Below are positions 19,855 to 30,223 of a DNA stretch of 64,000 nt, piece after piece (within the stretch, counting starts at the first letter, position 1; each line of letters opens with the position of its first letter). Source of the stretch: Candidatus Multivorans sp. (lineage in GTDB: Bacteria; Acidobacteriota; Thermoanaerobaculia; Multivoradales; Multivoraceae); contig OZ245033.1 in NCBI GenBank assembly GCA_965224025.1, forward strand, positions 352,001-416,000, written 5' to 3'. Position numbers and translations under genes: made by a program. The notes beneath the pieces are model-generated. The model had not been told where the DNA came from. It ran no database searches and worked only from the letters and a program-made list of their open reading frames with translations.

Positions 19855-21306
19855 TCAGAGCCTCTTCTCCCACAGCGCCAAGCCGCGCTCAATCGCCTCG
19901 TCCAGCCACTTGCGGAAGCGCGGCTCGATCTCTTCGACCTCCTCCTTGTAGTTGATCCGGAACACGTCAGCGCAAAGTGGTCGCTCCTCAGTTGACTCCA
20001 TTCGGTCGTCGTCACTCAGAATCTGTCGAAACCAAGTCGCGGAGCAGGCCAGTACGCCCCGGAACTCGTGACCGATCGAGTGAAAGGAGATAAGGACGTT
20101 GGCCTGGGTTCCCTTCTGGTTCGCCTCCGCGATGCCTAGACGCACCCAGGAACAATGTTGGTCCGTGTTTGCGAAGTAGCCAAGCTCCTTGGCTGTCGAG
20201 ATGACCTGGCGTCTGAACCAGTGGCTCCGCTCCCCTTGGTCGATCTCGCTGATACCAAAGAACTGGAAGTCGGTAGTAGCGGACAAAGCCGCGTCGAGTT
20301 CCGCTCGAACTTCGAGTATCCGCCGGTCGGCCCTCTCGTGAAGCCTGTCTGCGATTGAGACGGCCGTGTTCCACTCCCTCGCGATCTCCTTCCTTCTCCG
20401 GGCGAGCCGCCGGCCGATGCCCCGAATGCGGAGATCGACCCGCGCTTCCTTCTCGACCTCTCTCGCTAGGCTGATTGCGTTCAGAAATTCCTTCTTCTGG
20501 AGGGCGGAGAAGAACCCGACAAGCGGCCCCAGATCTCCTCCGTCCGCGTCTTCCAAAGTCTGGATGTAGTCTGCTCGCCTAGCATCGCGAACGACTAGGG
20601 GTAGCCAGTCGGCCTGGATGAAGACAAGCGTCGCGAGCGCCCTTGCCACCCGCCCGTTTCCGTCCTGGAACGGATGAATCTGCGCGAAGCGATGGTGGAG
20701 CCAAGCCGCTTCAACCTCCGGCGCGGCTTCACCGTGTCGCTGGTGCAACTCCATGAGGCGGTCCATCTCTGCCGTGACGTGCTCGGGCGGGCAGTACTCG
20801 TGAACGCTTCCGTCTTCTCGGGTCGGGTTGTTGGGTCGCCTCTTGTAGTCGCCCTTTCGCAACACGATCGTCGTCTTGCGGCCAAACTGGTCACGGCCTT
20901 CGGCGAAGTCCTGGTGACGCGTGAACAGATGATGGAGTTCCTTGACGTAGCTTGTGGAGAGGGCCCGATCCCTCTTCACGAACGAGAAGAGGCTCTCGAT
21001 GGCGTTCTTCTGGTCGCCGATCATCGCGACCTTCTCCTCCCCTAGGCCCGACCGATGAGGGATCAGAGCGGCGTCGATTCCACGCTCGATCAGGAGTTCA
21101 GTCACGCCCCGGTCGAGATCGTAGAGCCGCTCTATCAGTCCCGTCTCGACCGCCCATTCCCGCTTAAGACGTTCGGTGAACTGCTCAAGACCCTCGAGTC
21201 CTGACTTCTGTTCCTTCCAGACGGCCGACAGAGCAGCCAATTCGGGATCGGCTAGATCGCCTGGATGAACCTCGTAGTCGCTGATCGGTTTCCACTGATG
21301 AGCCAT
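19855..21306 (-). CDS. Fic family protein
   Basis: Canonical HPFQDGNGRVAR motif. Confidence 0.92.
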   Translation of the reverse strand: MAHQWKPISDYEVHPGDLADPELAALSAVWKEQKSGLEGLEQFTERLKREWAVETGLIERLYDLDRGVTELLIERGIDAALIPHRSGLGEEKVAMIGDQKNAIESLFSFVKRDRALSTSYVKELHHLFTRHQDFAEGRDQFGRKTTIVLRKGDYKRRPNNPTREDGSVHEYCPPEHVTAEMDRLMELHQRHGEAAPEVEAAWLHHRFAQIHPFQDGNGRVARALATLVFIQADWLPLVVRDARRADYIQTLEDADGGDLGPLVGFFSALQKKEFLNAISLAREVEKEARVDLRIRGIGRRLARRRKEIAREWNTAVSIADRLHERADRRILEVRAELDAALSATTDFQFFGISEIDQGERSHWFRRQVISTAKELGYFANTDQHCSWVRLGIAEANQKGTQANVLISFHSIGHEFRGVLACSATWFRQILSDDDRMESTEERPLCADVFRINYKEEVEEIEPRFRKWLDEAIERGLALWEKRL

Positions 21307-21420
21307 TCAACCTCCGTACCGTGTGTTCGCCAGGAGCGACGGCTCCCGGATGCCATCCTTTCTAGTTCCGGCCGAGTCCGCAAGCGCCGAGACTTCTGGC
21401 GAGGACACTAGCTCGGGCTC

Positions 21421-24048
21421 CTAAGCGCCTGTCTTCTCGCCAATCTGAGACGCCACGTCCTTGCCCTGGACCGACTTCTCGGCCATGAGGAACAGCCCCT
21501 TACCACCGCTCGAGCGTTCCCAGAGCTCACCAATGGCTCGTTTCTCGCGTGCGTCCTCCAACATGTGAGCGCCCTTGTACTCGACGACCAGGAGCCGCCC
21601 GTCGTCCAACAGCGCCAGGAAATCAGGATAGAACTTGCCGGTTGCGGTGGGCAACCAGAAGGACTCGGCGTGCCTCGCGACGTTACGGACCCATAACCGA
21701 ACACCGGCCAAGCTGTCGATCGCCTGGGCACACTGGAACTCCTCGCCATCAAGCGCCCCGTCGAAGGCGGGAACCCTGTCGGGGCCGAGGAAGTGCCGAT
21801 TCGGCCTCCACGGACCTCGATAGACGCGTTGGCCCTCGTACATGCCATCCCGAAACTCGAAGGCATGGTCAAACGACACCTCGACCTTGGCACCCGGCTC
21901 GAACAGGAATCGAGCGTACACGCGCTCCCGCTCCATTCTGCGAATTTCTGCGATCTTGCCACTCACCTTCCGCGCAAGGATGAACTTGCACCGCATCAAG
22001 GCAGCGATGCTCATTCCGCGAGCGCCCGTCAGGTGGCCAACAAGTTTGCTCAGCCAGCGGATCAACTCGCCCTGGCCGATGTCTGGCTGGCGGACTTGAC
22101 GGTCGAGCCACAGGACCAGCGCGGTGTCGGTCCATCCCTCAACGTCTACGTCGAGAGCCAACTGCTCCTCCACGGCCGTTAGTTGATAGGTGAGGCGTCT
22201 GCCGTCCAAGTCGATCTTGAAGCTGCGAGCGGTCTCCCGGATGGCGAACTCGGCCTCGCCGAGCATAGCCGTGTGCCCCTGCAGCCCCCAGTCGTGGCTC
22301 TCCACGAACAGGTCCGTGTCGGCGAAGTCGAGCCTGCCTTGGACGACTGACATCAACCGTGGAACCTCCAGAACTTCTCCGCGCTCGGCAGGCGATAGCA
22401 AACGCTCGATTCGCAGCCGGTGGGTCGCGACTTCCCGAGCGAACCTCCCACGCTCCGCTCTGGGCAGCGCATCGAGCATCGCCTTCTCCCGTTCGCCATC
22501 TACTTCACCTACCGCCACGAGTTCCGCCCGGCCCCCGCCCCGCCGGTTGATCTCGAATCCCAGCCCCCTCAACCCTTCAAGCTCACCTTCCGTGACTTCG
22601 ACAACATGGTTGAACGTCGGCGCCGGGGCCGGCGCCGGTGGCGTGAACAGGTCGCCGTTCCGGTCGAACTCGCCCTGCACCGGCTCAATACTGTCCCAGG
22701 CCTCCTCTTCGTCGAACCCCATCTTCTTCACCAGCTTGTCGACCAGAGCCCGCGCCGCTTCGCCGGCAACCGGCTCCGAGAAAAAGGCGTAGGCCCTGTT
22801 GAGTGCGTCCGCTTCGCGCTTTCTGGCGTAGGGCATGCGGAGCACACGCCCCAGGAGTTGTTCGACATCGGTGGCGCTTCGAAGACGGCAGACGGAACAG
22901 AACGCGTAGGCGAAGGAACAATCCCAGCCTTCCTTGAGCGCCTCGACCGTGATCACGTGCTCGATCAGGCAGGTGGGGTCGAACAGATCGATGCCGTCCA
23001 GTTCCCGCTGAGTGCCGGTTGCGACAGCGATTCGCTCTTCCGGCACCCTCTCGACGTCGATCAGGTGCTGCTTCAACGCGTCAACCGTGACCTCCTGGTT
23101 CTTCGGCTGAGCCTGAAACAACACAATGGGCCGGATCAGGTCCTTCTCGCCCGCGGCATCAGCGGCCAGGGACGCACGCATCTGAACCGCGCCGTTGACC
23201 GCGTTCTGCCAGGAGTCGTGCTCCGAAAGCATGACCGGCAGCTTGATCATCTCCTCGGCCTTGAGCTCCCTCGCCGTAACGCTGTGGAGGATGTTCGACT
23301 TCTCTCGCGGAGTGGCCGTGAACTCCACGATCGCACAGGGTTTCACACGCGCCTGCATCTCCTGGCTCAAGCCGGTGACCGCGTTGTGGGCCTCGTCGAC
23401 GATCAGCAACGGCCGGTGCAAGTGCATCAGGTTGGCGAAAGAAAACCTGGGGCTGCCGTCAGCCAGCGTCTCAAGACCCTCCTGCGACCCTGCGATGCGG
23501 CTGAAGTGCGTCTCCAGGTTCTCGTTGTGGGCGTAGACCTTGCGCCCCTCCGTACTCTTGACGCGCAGTGTCTGGATGGTTCCGACCACGATGCAGCAGT
23601 GGTCACGGAGGTCGTGCGGGCGGATGTGGGTGAAGTCGGCGATGTCGAAGATCCGCACCCGGCCATCGAACGCGTCGTCCAGGGCCTGCCGATAGGGGTG
23701 CGCGGGATCCTTAAGGGCTTCCGCCGTCTGGTGCCGGATTGTCTTCGTCGGAACCAGCCATAGCACCATCGGCCAGTCCCTCTCAATCCAGGCATCACGC
23801 GCCACGGCGACTGCGTGAGCTGCCAGGATCGTCTTACCCCCTCCAGTCGGCAGACGCAAGCAGACGTACGGCACCCCCGGCAGGCCCGCGCGAGGCTGGT
23901 ACGCGTCCTGGTAGCGGCCGAGCCGTTCGGCCTGCTCCGCCTCCCGCGTGATCTCTCCGTAGGCTGCTTCCGCGCCGGCAACACGCGCCTCCTCAAGGAA
24001 ACGGCGCAGGATGGCCAACGTCTCGGCCTGATACAGCTTGAGCTTCAC
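21421..24048 (-). CDS. res: Type III restriction enzyme Res subunit
   Basis: PTGGGKT, DEAH, EGWD, QLLGRVLR; C-terminal PDF...VEYKG nuclease motif. Confidence 0.9.
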   Translation of the reverse strand: MKLKLYQAETLAILRRFLEEARVAGAEAAYGEITREAEQAERLGRYQDAYQPRAGLPGVPYVCLRLPTGGGKTILAAHAVAVARDAWIERDWPMVLWLVPTKTIRHQTAEALKDPAHPYRQALDDAFDGRVRIFDIADFTHIRPHDLRDHCCIVVGTIQTLRVKSTEGRKVYAHNENLETHFSRIAGSQEGLETLADGSPRFSFANLMHLHRPLLIVDEAHNAVTGLSQEMQARVKPCAIVEFTATPREKSNILHSVTARELKAEEMIKLPVMLSEHDSWQNAVNGAVQMRASLAADAAGEKDLIRPIVLFQAQPKNQEVTVDALKQHLIDVERVPEERIAVATGTQRELDGIDLFDPTCLIEHVITVEALKEGWDCSFAYAFCSVCRLRSATDVEQLLGRVLRMPYARKREADALNRAYAFFSEPVAGEAARALVDKLVKKMGFDEEEAWDSIEPVQGEFDRNGDLFTPPAPAPAPTFNHVVEVTEGELEGLRGLGFEINRRGGGRAELVAVGEVDGEREKAMLDALPRAERGRFAREVATHRLRIERLLSPAERGEVLEVPRLMSVVQGRLDFADTDLFVESHDWGLQGHTAMLGEAEFAIRETARSFKIDLDGRRLTYQLTAVEEQLALDVDVEGWTDTALVLWLDRQVRQPDIGQGELIRWLSKLVGHLTGARGMSIAALMRCKFILARKVSGKIAEIRRMERERVYARFLFEPGAKVEVSFDHAFEFRDGMYEGQRVYRGPWRPNRHFLGPDRVPAFDGALDGEEFQCAQAIDSLAGVRLWVRNVARHAESFWLPTATGKFYPDFLALLDDGRLLVVEYKGAHMLEDAREKRAIGELWERSSGGKGLFLMAEKSVQGKDVASQIGEKTGA

Positions 24049-24060
24049 GCGGAGCTGACG

Positions 24061-25193
24061 CTAAGCCCGCGCCTTCACGTCGTAGGGCGTCTGCTTGAAC
24101 GTGATGCGTTCGCGCTCCAGCGTCGGCAACTGCAACCGGCAGCTCTCGCCGTAGACGGTGAGCCGCCCATCGAAACCCGGAGCAGTCCGGGCGGCCTCTT
24201 TGCGAATGAAGTCAAGCGTCGCCCGGGTCAAGACGTTGCCACCACCTGGCCGGCGGTCTCCCAACACGCCATTGTAGAGCAGCGCCCAACCCTCGCCCTC
24301 GTGAATGCCCAGGAGGGGTGACTGGCCGCCACCGCTCCACGGCCGCCCCGTCTCCGAGAACCAGACATGCGCCGCCAGAACACGAAACGAAATGTCGGCC
24401 CGGATCCGGCCCTCGGCGTCGAACGCGCGCGGTCCGAGCCGGTAGAAGCGAAAGCCGCCGCCGCCTTGCCACTCGACGCTCTTCGAGATGCCACCCTGCT
24501 CTCCCTCGATCACCTTGCGCAGCCGCGGCGCGCAGTGCGTGACGGCGTGCTCCCCCATCTCCACGCCAATCCAGCGACGACCCATCTTGTGCGCCACAGC
24601 GGCGGTCGTTCCGGAGCCGAGGAACGAGTCGAGCACCAGGTCGCCCGGGTCCGTCGCTGCCTCAAGCACGTACCGGATAAGACCCTCTGGCTTTGGGAAG
24701 TTGAACTTGTCCGCTAGACCAAAGAGCGCCATGCTCTCAAGCGTGCCGTGCTGAGTGTAGTGACCCTCAATCAGAGTCATCGGCTTGCGTTTTCTCTCCT
24801 CTCCAGTCTCGTCTCGAAGGTAATGTTTGTATGAGACGACCGTCCGTTCTCCCCTCCTGCGGAAGACCAGCCCGTCATTCTCCAGAGCTCGATACGTCCT
24901 CTCCTTCGACCACTGCCATTGCTTCTCCGGCCACACGCAGGAACCATCCGGCAGGTTTATGCCATATCGCAAGTTGGGCCGATCATCCATGCTGGTCGTT
25001 GCCAAGGGCTGCAAGCGGTACGGCCCGCGGACACCGAATCGCTCATCCTGGTACTTGTAGTACTTCTTGATCGTTTCGGGGGAGGGAGGCAGGAACATAT
25101 GTGGAAGGAGATCCTTCGACCTCGCGAAACAAAGCACGTGCTCATGAAGGCCAACGAACCACTTCGACTTCGCTCCTCCGCCGTAACTTTTCC
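24061..25193 (-). pseudogene. mod: Type III Mod methyltransferase, 5' half lost at the ISL3 end
   Basis: FPKPEGL and LDSFLGSGTTAAVAHKMGRRWIG present. Frame stays Mod-like (KSYGGGAKSKWFVGLHEHVLCFAR) up to the IS end. No DPPY segment on either side of the IS. Confidence 0.85.
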
Positions 25194-26691
25194 GCCTCTT
25201 TCGAGTTGCGAGTGGGTAGGGCGCGGGCGAGTGCAGATGCTGAGGGGGTCTTGGGATAGCGGCCTCCGCCGCCGTAGCCGCCGCCGTCGGGCTGTGGAAT
25301 CTGCGGAAGACCGGTAGCGGCGAGGGCGCAAGCTGTCCGGTGGGGAGGGCGTTCGCGGCGATTTCGGGTGGTGGCGGTAGTCGCGGGCGATCGGAATGAG
25401 CAAGACTCGTCTCTCCTGTTCCGACTGAAGGAGGACGAGAGATGCAGAGGGAATTGTTCGCGAGAGCGCTGGGCGTGTCGGCGCCGTGGTTCGTTGACGG
25501 CGTGGACTTCTGTGAGAGGGAGCGTCGGTTGACGATACGGATCGACTTCAGGAAGGGCAGCCGATTCGCCCACGAGGGGGACGGCGGTTCTCATCCGGTG
25601 CACGACACGCAGATCAAGCGCTATCGGCACCTCAACTTCTTCCAGCACGAGTGCCTGCTCGAGGCGCGAGTGCCCCGTGTGCGACTCCCCGACCAGCGGG
25701 TGGCGTTGGTGACTCCGCCCTGGTCGGGCAGATTGTCCGGCTTCACGCTGCTGTTCGAAGCCTTGATTCTGGCCATGTGCCGAGACATGACCTTCGCTGC
25801 GGTGGCCCGGTTGACCGGGGTGTCGTGGCATCGGGTGCACGCGATCTGCAAGCGCTACGTCGAGCTGGCGGTCGACCGGGACGACCTCTCCGAACTGCGC
25901 CACGTGGCCATTGACGAGACTTCCCGCGCCAAGGGGCACGACTACGTGACCGCGGTCGCCGACAGCGAGCGCCGGCGCGTGGTGTTCCTCGCCGAGGGAC
26001 GCAAGTCCGGCACGATCGAGGAGTTCGCCGACGATCTGCAAAGGCGCGGCGGCGATCCCGCCGCGATCAGCCGGGCGTCCATCGACATGTCGGCCGCCTT
26101 CCTCAAGGGCGTCGCCGAGAATCTCCCCAACGCCGAGGTGACCCTCGACAAGTTCCACGTCATGGCCCTGGCCTCGAAGGCGGTGGACGAGACCCGGCGC
26201 CTCGAACAGCGCCTCGATCCGTCGCTGAAGGGCCTGCGCTGGACGCTGCTCAAGAACCGCGACTCCCTGACGCCGGCCCAACGGGCCGACCTCGACCGCT
26301 TCGTCAAGAGGGTCGCCAGCCGACGCACCGCACGCGCCTGGCTCTATCGGGAGCAACTCCGCGAAATTCTCAACCGCAAGCAGATCAACGTCGTGCTGCG
26401 AATGCTCCATCAGTGGTGCACCAACGTGAACCGCTCCAAGGTCGAACCCATGAAGGCCGTCGCCCGCACCATCCGAAAGCACCTGCAAGCGATCGCTGCC
26501 TGGGCGCGAACCCGGCAGACCAACGGCTTCCTCGAAGCCCTCAACGGACTCTTCCAGTCCGCCAAACGCAAGGCCAGAGGCTACAAGCGATTCGACACCA
26601 TACGCATCGCCTTCTTCCTCATCGCCGGCAAACTCGACTTCCACACGCTCAACCCGCACACCGCTTGACCCACTCGTAATTCAAAAGAGCC
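25194..26691 (+). mobile_element. ISL3 family IS
   Basis: 24-bp terminal IRs, GCCTCTTTCGAGTTGCGAGTGGGT and (reverse complement) GGCTCTTTTGAATTACGAGTGGGT, 20/24 match; no target duplication. Confidence 0.9.
25442..26668 (+). CDS. ISL3 transposase
   Basis: AIDETS, SIDMS, DKFHV, TNGFLEALN, ARGY. Confidence 0.95.
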   Translation: MQRELFARALGVSAPWFVDGVDFCERERRLTIRIDFRKGSRFAHEGDGGSHPVHDTQIKRYRHLNFFQHECLLEARVPRVRLPDQRVALVTPPWSGRLSGFTLLFEALILAMCRDMTFAAVARLTGVSWHRVHAICKRYVELAVDRDDLSELRHVAIDETSRAKGHDYVTAVADSERRRVVFLAEGRKSGTIEEFADDLQRRGGDPAAISRASIDMSAAFLKGVAENLPNAEVTLDKFHVMALASKAVDETRRLEQRLDPSLKGLRWTLLKNRDSLTPAQRADLDRFVKRVASRRTARAWLYREQLREILNRKQINVVLRMLHQWCTNVNRSKVEPMKAVARTIRKHLQAIAAWARTRQTNGFLEALNGLFQSAKRKARGYKRFDTIRIAFFLIAGKLDFHTLNPHTA

Positions 26692-26845
26692 TTCCAAGTT
26701 CGCGCACATATCTCGGACCCTTCAGCATGGACCTCATCGGTCGATCACCCCAACTCGCACAACATCTCTTTCGTGTGCTCGCCATGGGCCGGCGGGTGCC
26801 CGCGAATTTTGGCCGGGCGATAGAAGAAAGTCCAAAGGAGAAGAG

Positions 26846-27724
26846 ATGACGATCGAGATCCGAGATCCACGCTTTCTGGACATCGTCGACGACGGCCTGG
26901 AGCTCGAGACCCTGGCCGACGGCTTTCGCTTCACCGAGGGACCGATCTGGCATCCACGAGAAAAGCACCTCATCTTCAGCGACATTCCGTCCAATCGAAC
27001 GCACCGCTGGAGCGAGAGTGAAGGGCTCTCCGTCCATCGCGAGCCGAGCGAGCGGAGCAACGGCAACACCTACGATCGCCAGGGAAGGATGCTCTCTTGC
27101 GAGCACGGCACCTCAAGCGTCACTCGGGAAGAGGCGGACGGCTCACGAAGCATCCTCGCCTCCCACTATCAGGGTAAGGAGCTCAACAGCCCCAACGACA
27201 TCGTGGTCCGAGAGAACGGAGACATCTTCTTCACCGACCCGACCTACGGCCGTCGGGCGAAGGGGGATCCCGAGCTCGACTTCCAAGGTGTGTACAAGAT
27301 CGACGGGGCAAATGGGGCCCTGACGCTACTGCGAAGCGACTTCGAGCAACCGAACGGGCTCGCCTTCACCGTCGATGATCACGAGCTCTACGTCGCCGAC
27401 TCGCCCCGCATACACATTCGAAAGTTCCAGGTCGCCGACGACGGCTCACTCTCCGGCGGCGAGGTCTTCGCTGAATCGACCGGTGAGGGTACCGGTGCGC
27501 CCGACGGTCTCAAGGTGGCCTCGACCGGGCACGTCTTCTGTGCCGGCCCCGGTGGCGTCCACGTCTACGATCCAGATGACGGCATCTGTCTCGGCGTCAT
27601 CCGCACCCCCGCCTTCTGCGCCAACTTCACCTGGGGCGGGGACGACTTTCTGACCTTCTTTATGACCTCCTCGCAGCATCTCTACCGTACGCGAGTGAAG
27701 GTGGCCGGCATCCCTCTGTTCTGA
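26846..27724 (+). CDS. SMP-30 / gluconolactonase family protein
   Basis: FTEGPIW, NSPND, PNGL, PDG; AAGGAG RBS. Confidence 0.93.
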   Translation: MTIEIRDPRFLDIVDDGLELETLADGFRFTEGPIWHPREKHLIFSDIPSNRTHRWSESEGLSVHREPSERSNGNTYDRQGRMLSCEHGTSSVTREEADGSRSILASHYQGKELNSPNDIVVRENGDIFFTDPTYGRRAKGDPELDFQGVYKIDGANGALTLLRSDFEQPNGLAFTVDDHELYVADSPRIHIRKFQVADDGSLSGGEVFAESTGEGTGAPDGLKVASTGHVFCAGPGGVHVYDPDDGICLGVIRTPAFCANFTWGGDDFLTFFMTSSQHLYRTRVKVAGIPLF

Positions 27725-27941
27725 CCTGCGAGTGGGATCATGCGGGCTCGGCGAAGCACGTACTCCTCGGAGTATTTGATCCGCTAGCCTTTGCGTCCGG
27801 GGACCTTGAAAGCGTGGATATTCGTCGTTTCTGCGCCGATGGCGGAGCTGCGCCTGTGGAAGCCGAGTTGTACATGAAGTCGGCGGTCGAGGCTTGTCTA
27901 GTGGCGTCGCCGCCGTTGGGGACGATGGAACGGGACGGCCA

Positions 27942-28855
27942 TTACGGCGCGAAGCTCGAACGGCCGCTAATTCCCCACTTTTCGTTCTCTTTCGTCACCA
28001 GGTACAGGGTATTGAAGGTCGAGATCACTTCGCCGGCGGCGTTGTAGCGACTGAAGGTGAGCGCCACGTTGGCGGCGTTCTCGGCGACCTGGATGGCCTC
28101 GATCTCATCCCAGGCGCTGTGGTCCCAGCCGAAGCGCTCGGCGAAGGCGTCGAAGTCCATGTTGGCGACGAACTCTTCTTCGGTTTCGGTCACGACCACT
28201 TCGCCGCTCGCGAGGCGAAGGTGGGGGAAGTGGAGGGTCGATGCCCAGGCTTGCGGGTCGCGTGCGTTGAACGCCGTCATGTACTCCTCGACCTTGGCGA
28301 TGGCGATGGCGGCGTTCGATTCCTGGAGCTCCGCCTCGACCGGTGTACCGGCGTGGAAGCGAGCTTGGACGCCCCAGTGGCCGTCAACCTGGTAGCGACG
28401 TAGGTGACGAGGTTGCGGTGTGTCTTGTTGCCCTCCGCATCGACCCGGACCCAGCGACCGGCGATGTGCGCTTTGCTGTCGCCATGGTGGATCGTCCGCA
28501 GCTCTTCGACCTCGGTTCGCTCCCAGCCGGTGGCGATGACTCTCGCGTAGTCGACGCCGGCGACGTAGTCGTCTTGGGTCTGCCAGATCCGATGCGGGCG
28601 CAGGTCGTCAAACTTCCAGCTCGACGGACGGGTGTGAGGGTAATTGAGCGAGCTCGCATAGGCGTCGGGATCGCGGGCGTTCCAGGTCTCCATGAACTTC
28701 TCGGTGGCGCGCAGACCCGGGGAGTCAGACGCCGCTGGGGCGGCTTGCACGGGCGGCTCGAGCGCCGGGGGCGCGTCTGATGCGCAGCCGGCGGCGGTCA
28801 TTGCGATGGCGGTGAGGCAGAGGAATCTCTCCGTACGTTGAGTCTTGAGCTTCAT
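27942..28855 (-). pseudogene. Tandem NTF2/SnoaL-like two-domain lipoprotein, 1-bp frameshift near 28390
   Basis: Two similar domains (WNARDPDAYASSLNYPH / FNARDPQAWASTLHFPH). Adding one base gives TYVAT-QVDGHWGVQARF and joins the two ORFs. Confidence 0.7.
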
Positions 28856-28999
28856 TCGTCTCTCCCGAGAGCAGAGCGCGTTCCGTTTGGGTGGGGTGGT
28901 CTGACCCATGGGTGAGTCGTCGGGCGGGTATGCCGCCCGCGGCAGGACGCACTCGCTTCACGGTCAGACCGTGCAGCTCTCCTTCTGAGGCTCCGCGGC

Positions 29000-30076
29000 T
29001 TACCTTCCGGAGTTCCCCAGCGCGTCCGCCTCGAGCACGCGAGCGCCGCGCAGGATGTTCCCCATGGAGTAGTTCCCCTCGTGGCAGGCGTACTCGAAGA
29101 CCCGGTCGGTCGTCGAACGCAACACATACTCGCCGGTCCAGGGCGCTGTCCACGATGAGGGATCGTCCACCGTGAAGCGGTAGAGCACGTCGCCGTCCTC
29201 GAGCTTGGTAAAGCGCTCGACAACGTGCATCTCCGTGGACCCGCCGCGGAAAAACGCTTCGGGATGGAAGTTCGTCGTGTCGACGACCAACGTGTCGCCC
29301 TCCCACCACCCGATCGAATCGCCGGCCCACTTCTTGATCTCTGACGGCAGATGCGCCACGGCGCGCCCCTCGGACTTCATTCGCACCACCCGGGCGTCGT
29401 GGACCATCTCGATCAGGATCATGACGTGGTCCTCGGTCTGGACGATGGTCTTGTAGTTGTTGTAGCCGCTCGGGAGCGTCGGCGTGGCGCCGGTGAACCC
29501 CACGATGCAACGCTCCTGGGCCAGCAGCGACTCCGGACCGTCGAAGGGTCCGGGCTCGTCGCTCTCGAGCCAGAATGCCGTGCCGTCGTTGTCGCCGCGC
29601 ACGATCTTGGCCTGGGTCGCCGCCGCACGCCTGGCCGCGCTCTCGGTCATCGGTGGAAAACGACCGTTCGGTGGATCGATCAGAATCGAGGTACGAAACC
29701 TGCCGTCCACCGCGAAGGCCTCGGTGCCCCGGTCGAGCCAGAAGAAGTTGTAGCCGCCGACATTGCCAGCACCGCCGTCCGATCCGTCGCCACCCTCGGG
29801 TGGCGCCTCGCGATCCGGATCGCTGGCCTGGGATGTCTCCTCGATTCGCGCAGCCATGTTGCCCTCGATCCGCGCGGCCTCCTCCTTGCTGAGATAGAGG
29901 TTGTCGCCGTAGCGTTCCGGGCGCTGGAGCGGGGTCACGGTCGCGGCGTTGTAGTTACCCGTGAGATCGGGACGGCCACTGGCCGTGCGCGGCACCCCGT
30001 CGCCGGCGGCGGCGATTCCGGGATTGAGGCCGAGCATGAGCGCGACGGGCAACAGGGATCGGATGACTCTCTTCAT
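29000..30076 (-). CDS. Conserved secreted hypothetical protein (PDLxG...FEYACHEGNY family)
   Basis: Signal peptide; paralogue of 35907-36941. Confidence 0.85.
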   Translation of the reverse strand: MKRVIRSLLPVALMLGLNPGIAAAGDGVPRTASGRPDLTGNYNAATVTPLQRPERYGDNLYLSKEEAARIEGNMAARIEETSQASDPDREAPPEGGDGSDGGAGNVGGYNFFWLDRGTEAFAVDGRFRTSILIDPPNGRFPPMTESAARRAAATQAKIVRGDNDGTAFWLESDEPGPFDGPESLLAQERCIVGFTGATPTLPSGYNNYKTIVQTEDHVMILIEMVHDARVVRMKSEGRAVAHLPSEIKKWAGDSIGWWEGDTLVVDTTNFHPEAFFRGGSTEMHVVERFTKLEDGDVLYRFTVDDPSSWTAPWTGEYVLRSTTDRVFEYACHEGNYSMGNILRGARVLEADALGNSGR

Positions 30077-30223
30077 ACGCGCCCCACAAGCCTAACACCG
30101 GGGCCGACGTCACTCAGCCCGCCACCCCCTCCAAGAATTTGATTTCTCGCATGGTGTTTGAGAGAATCCGATCCGAACGGTGAACTAGACGCTGGAGAAC
30201 AGGCGTATCTGGAGGACAGGAAC

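Noticed and set aside
30077-30223. Cobalamin riboswitch upstream of the TonB receptor
   Set aside because: No B12-box or conserved core motifs are visible.
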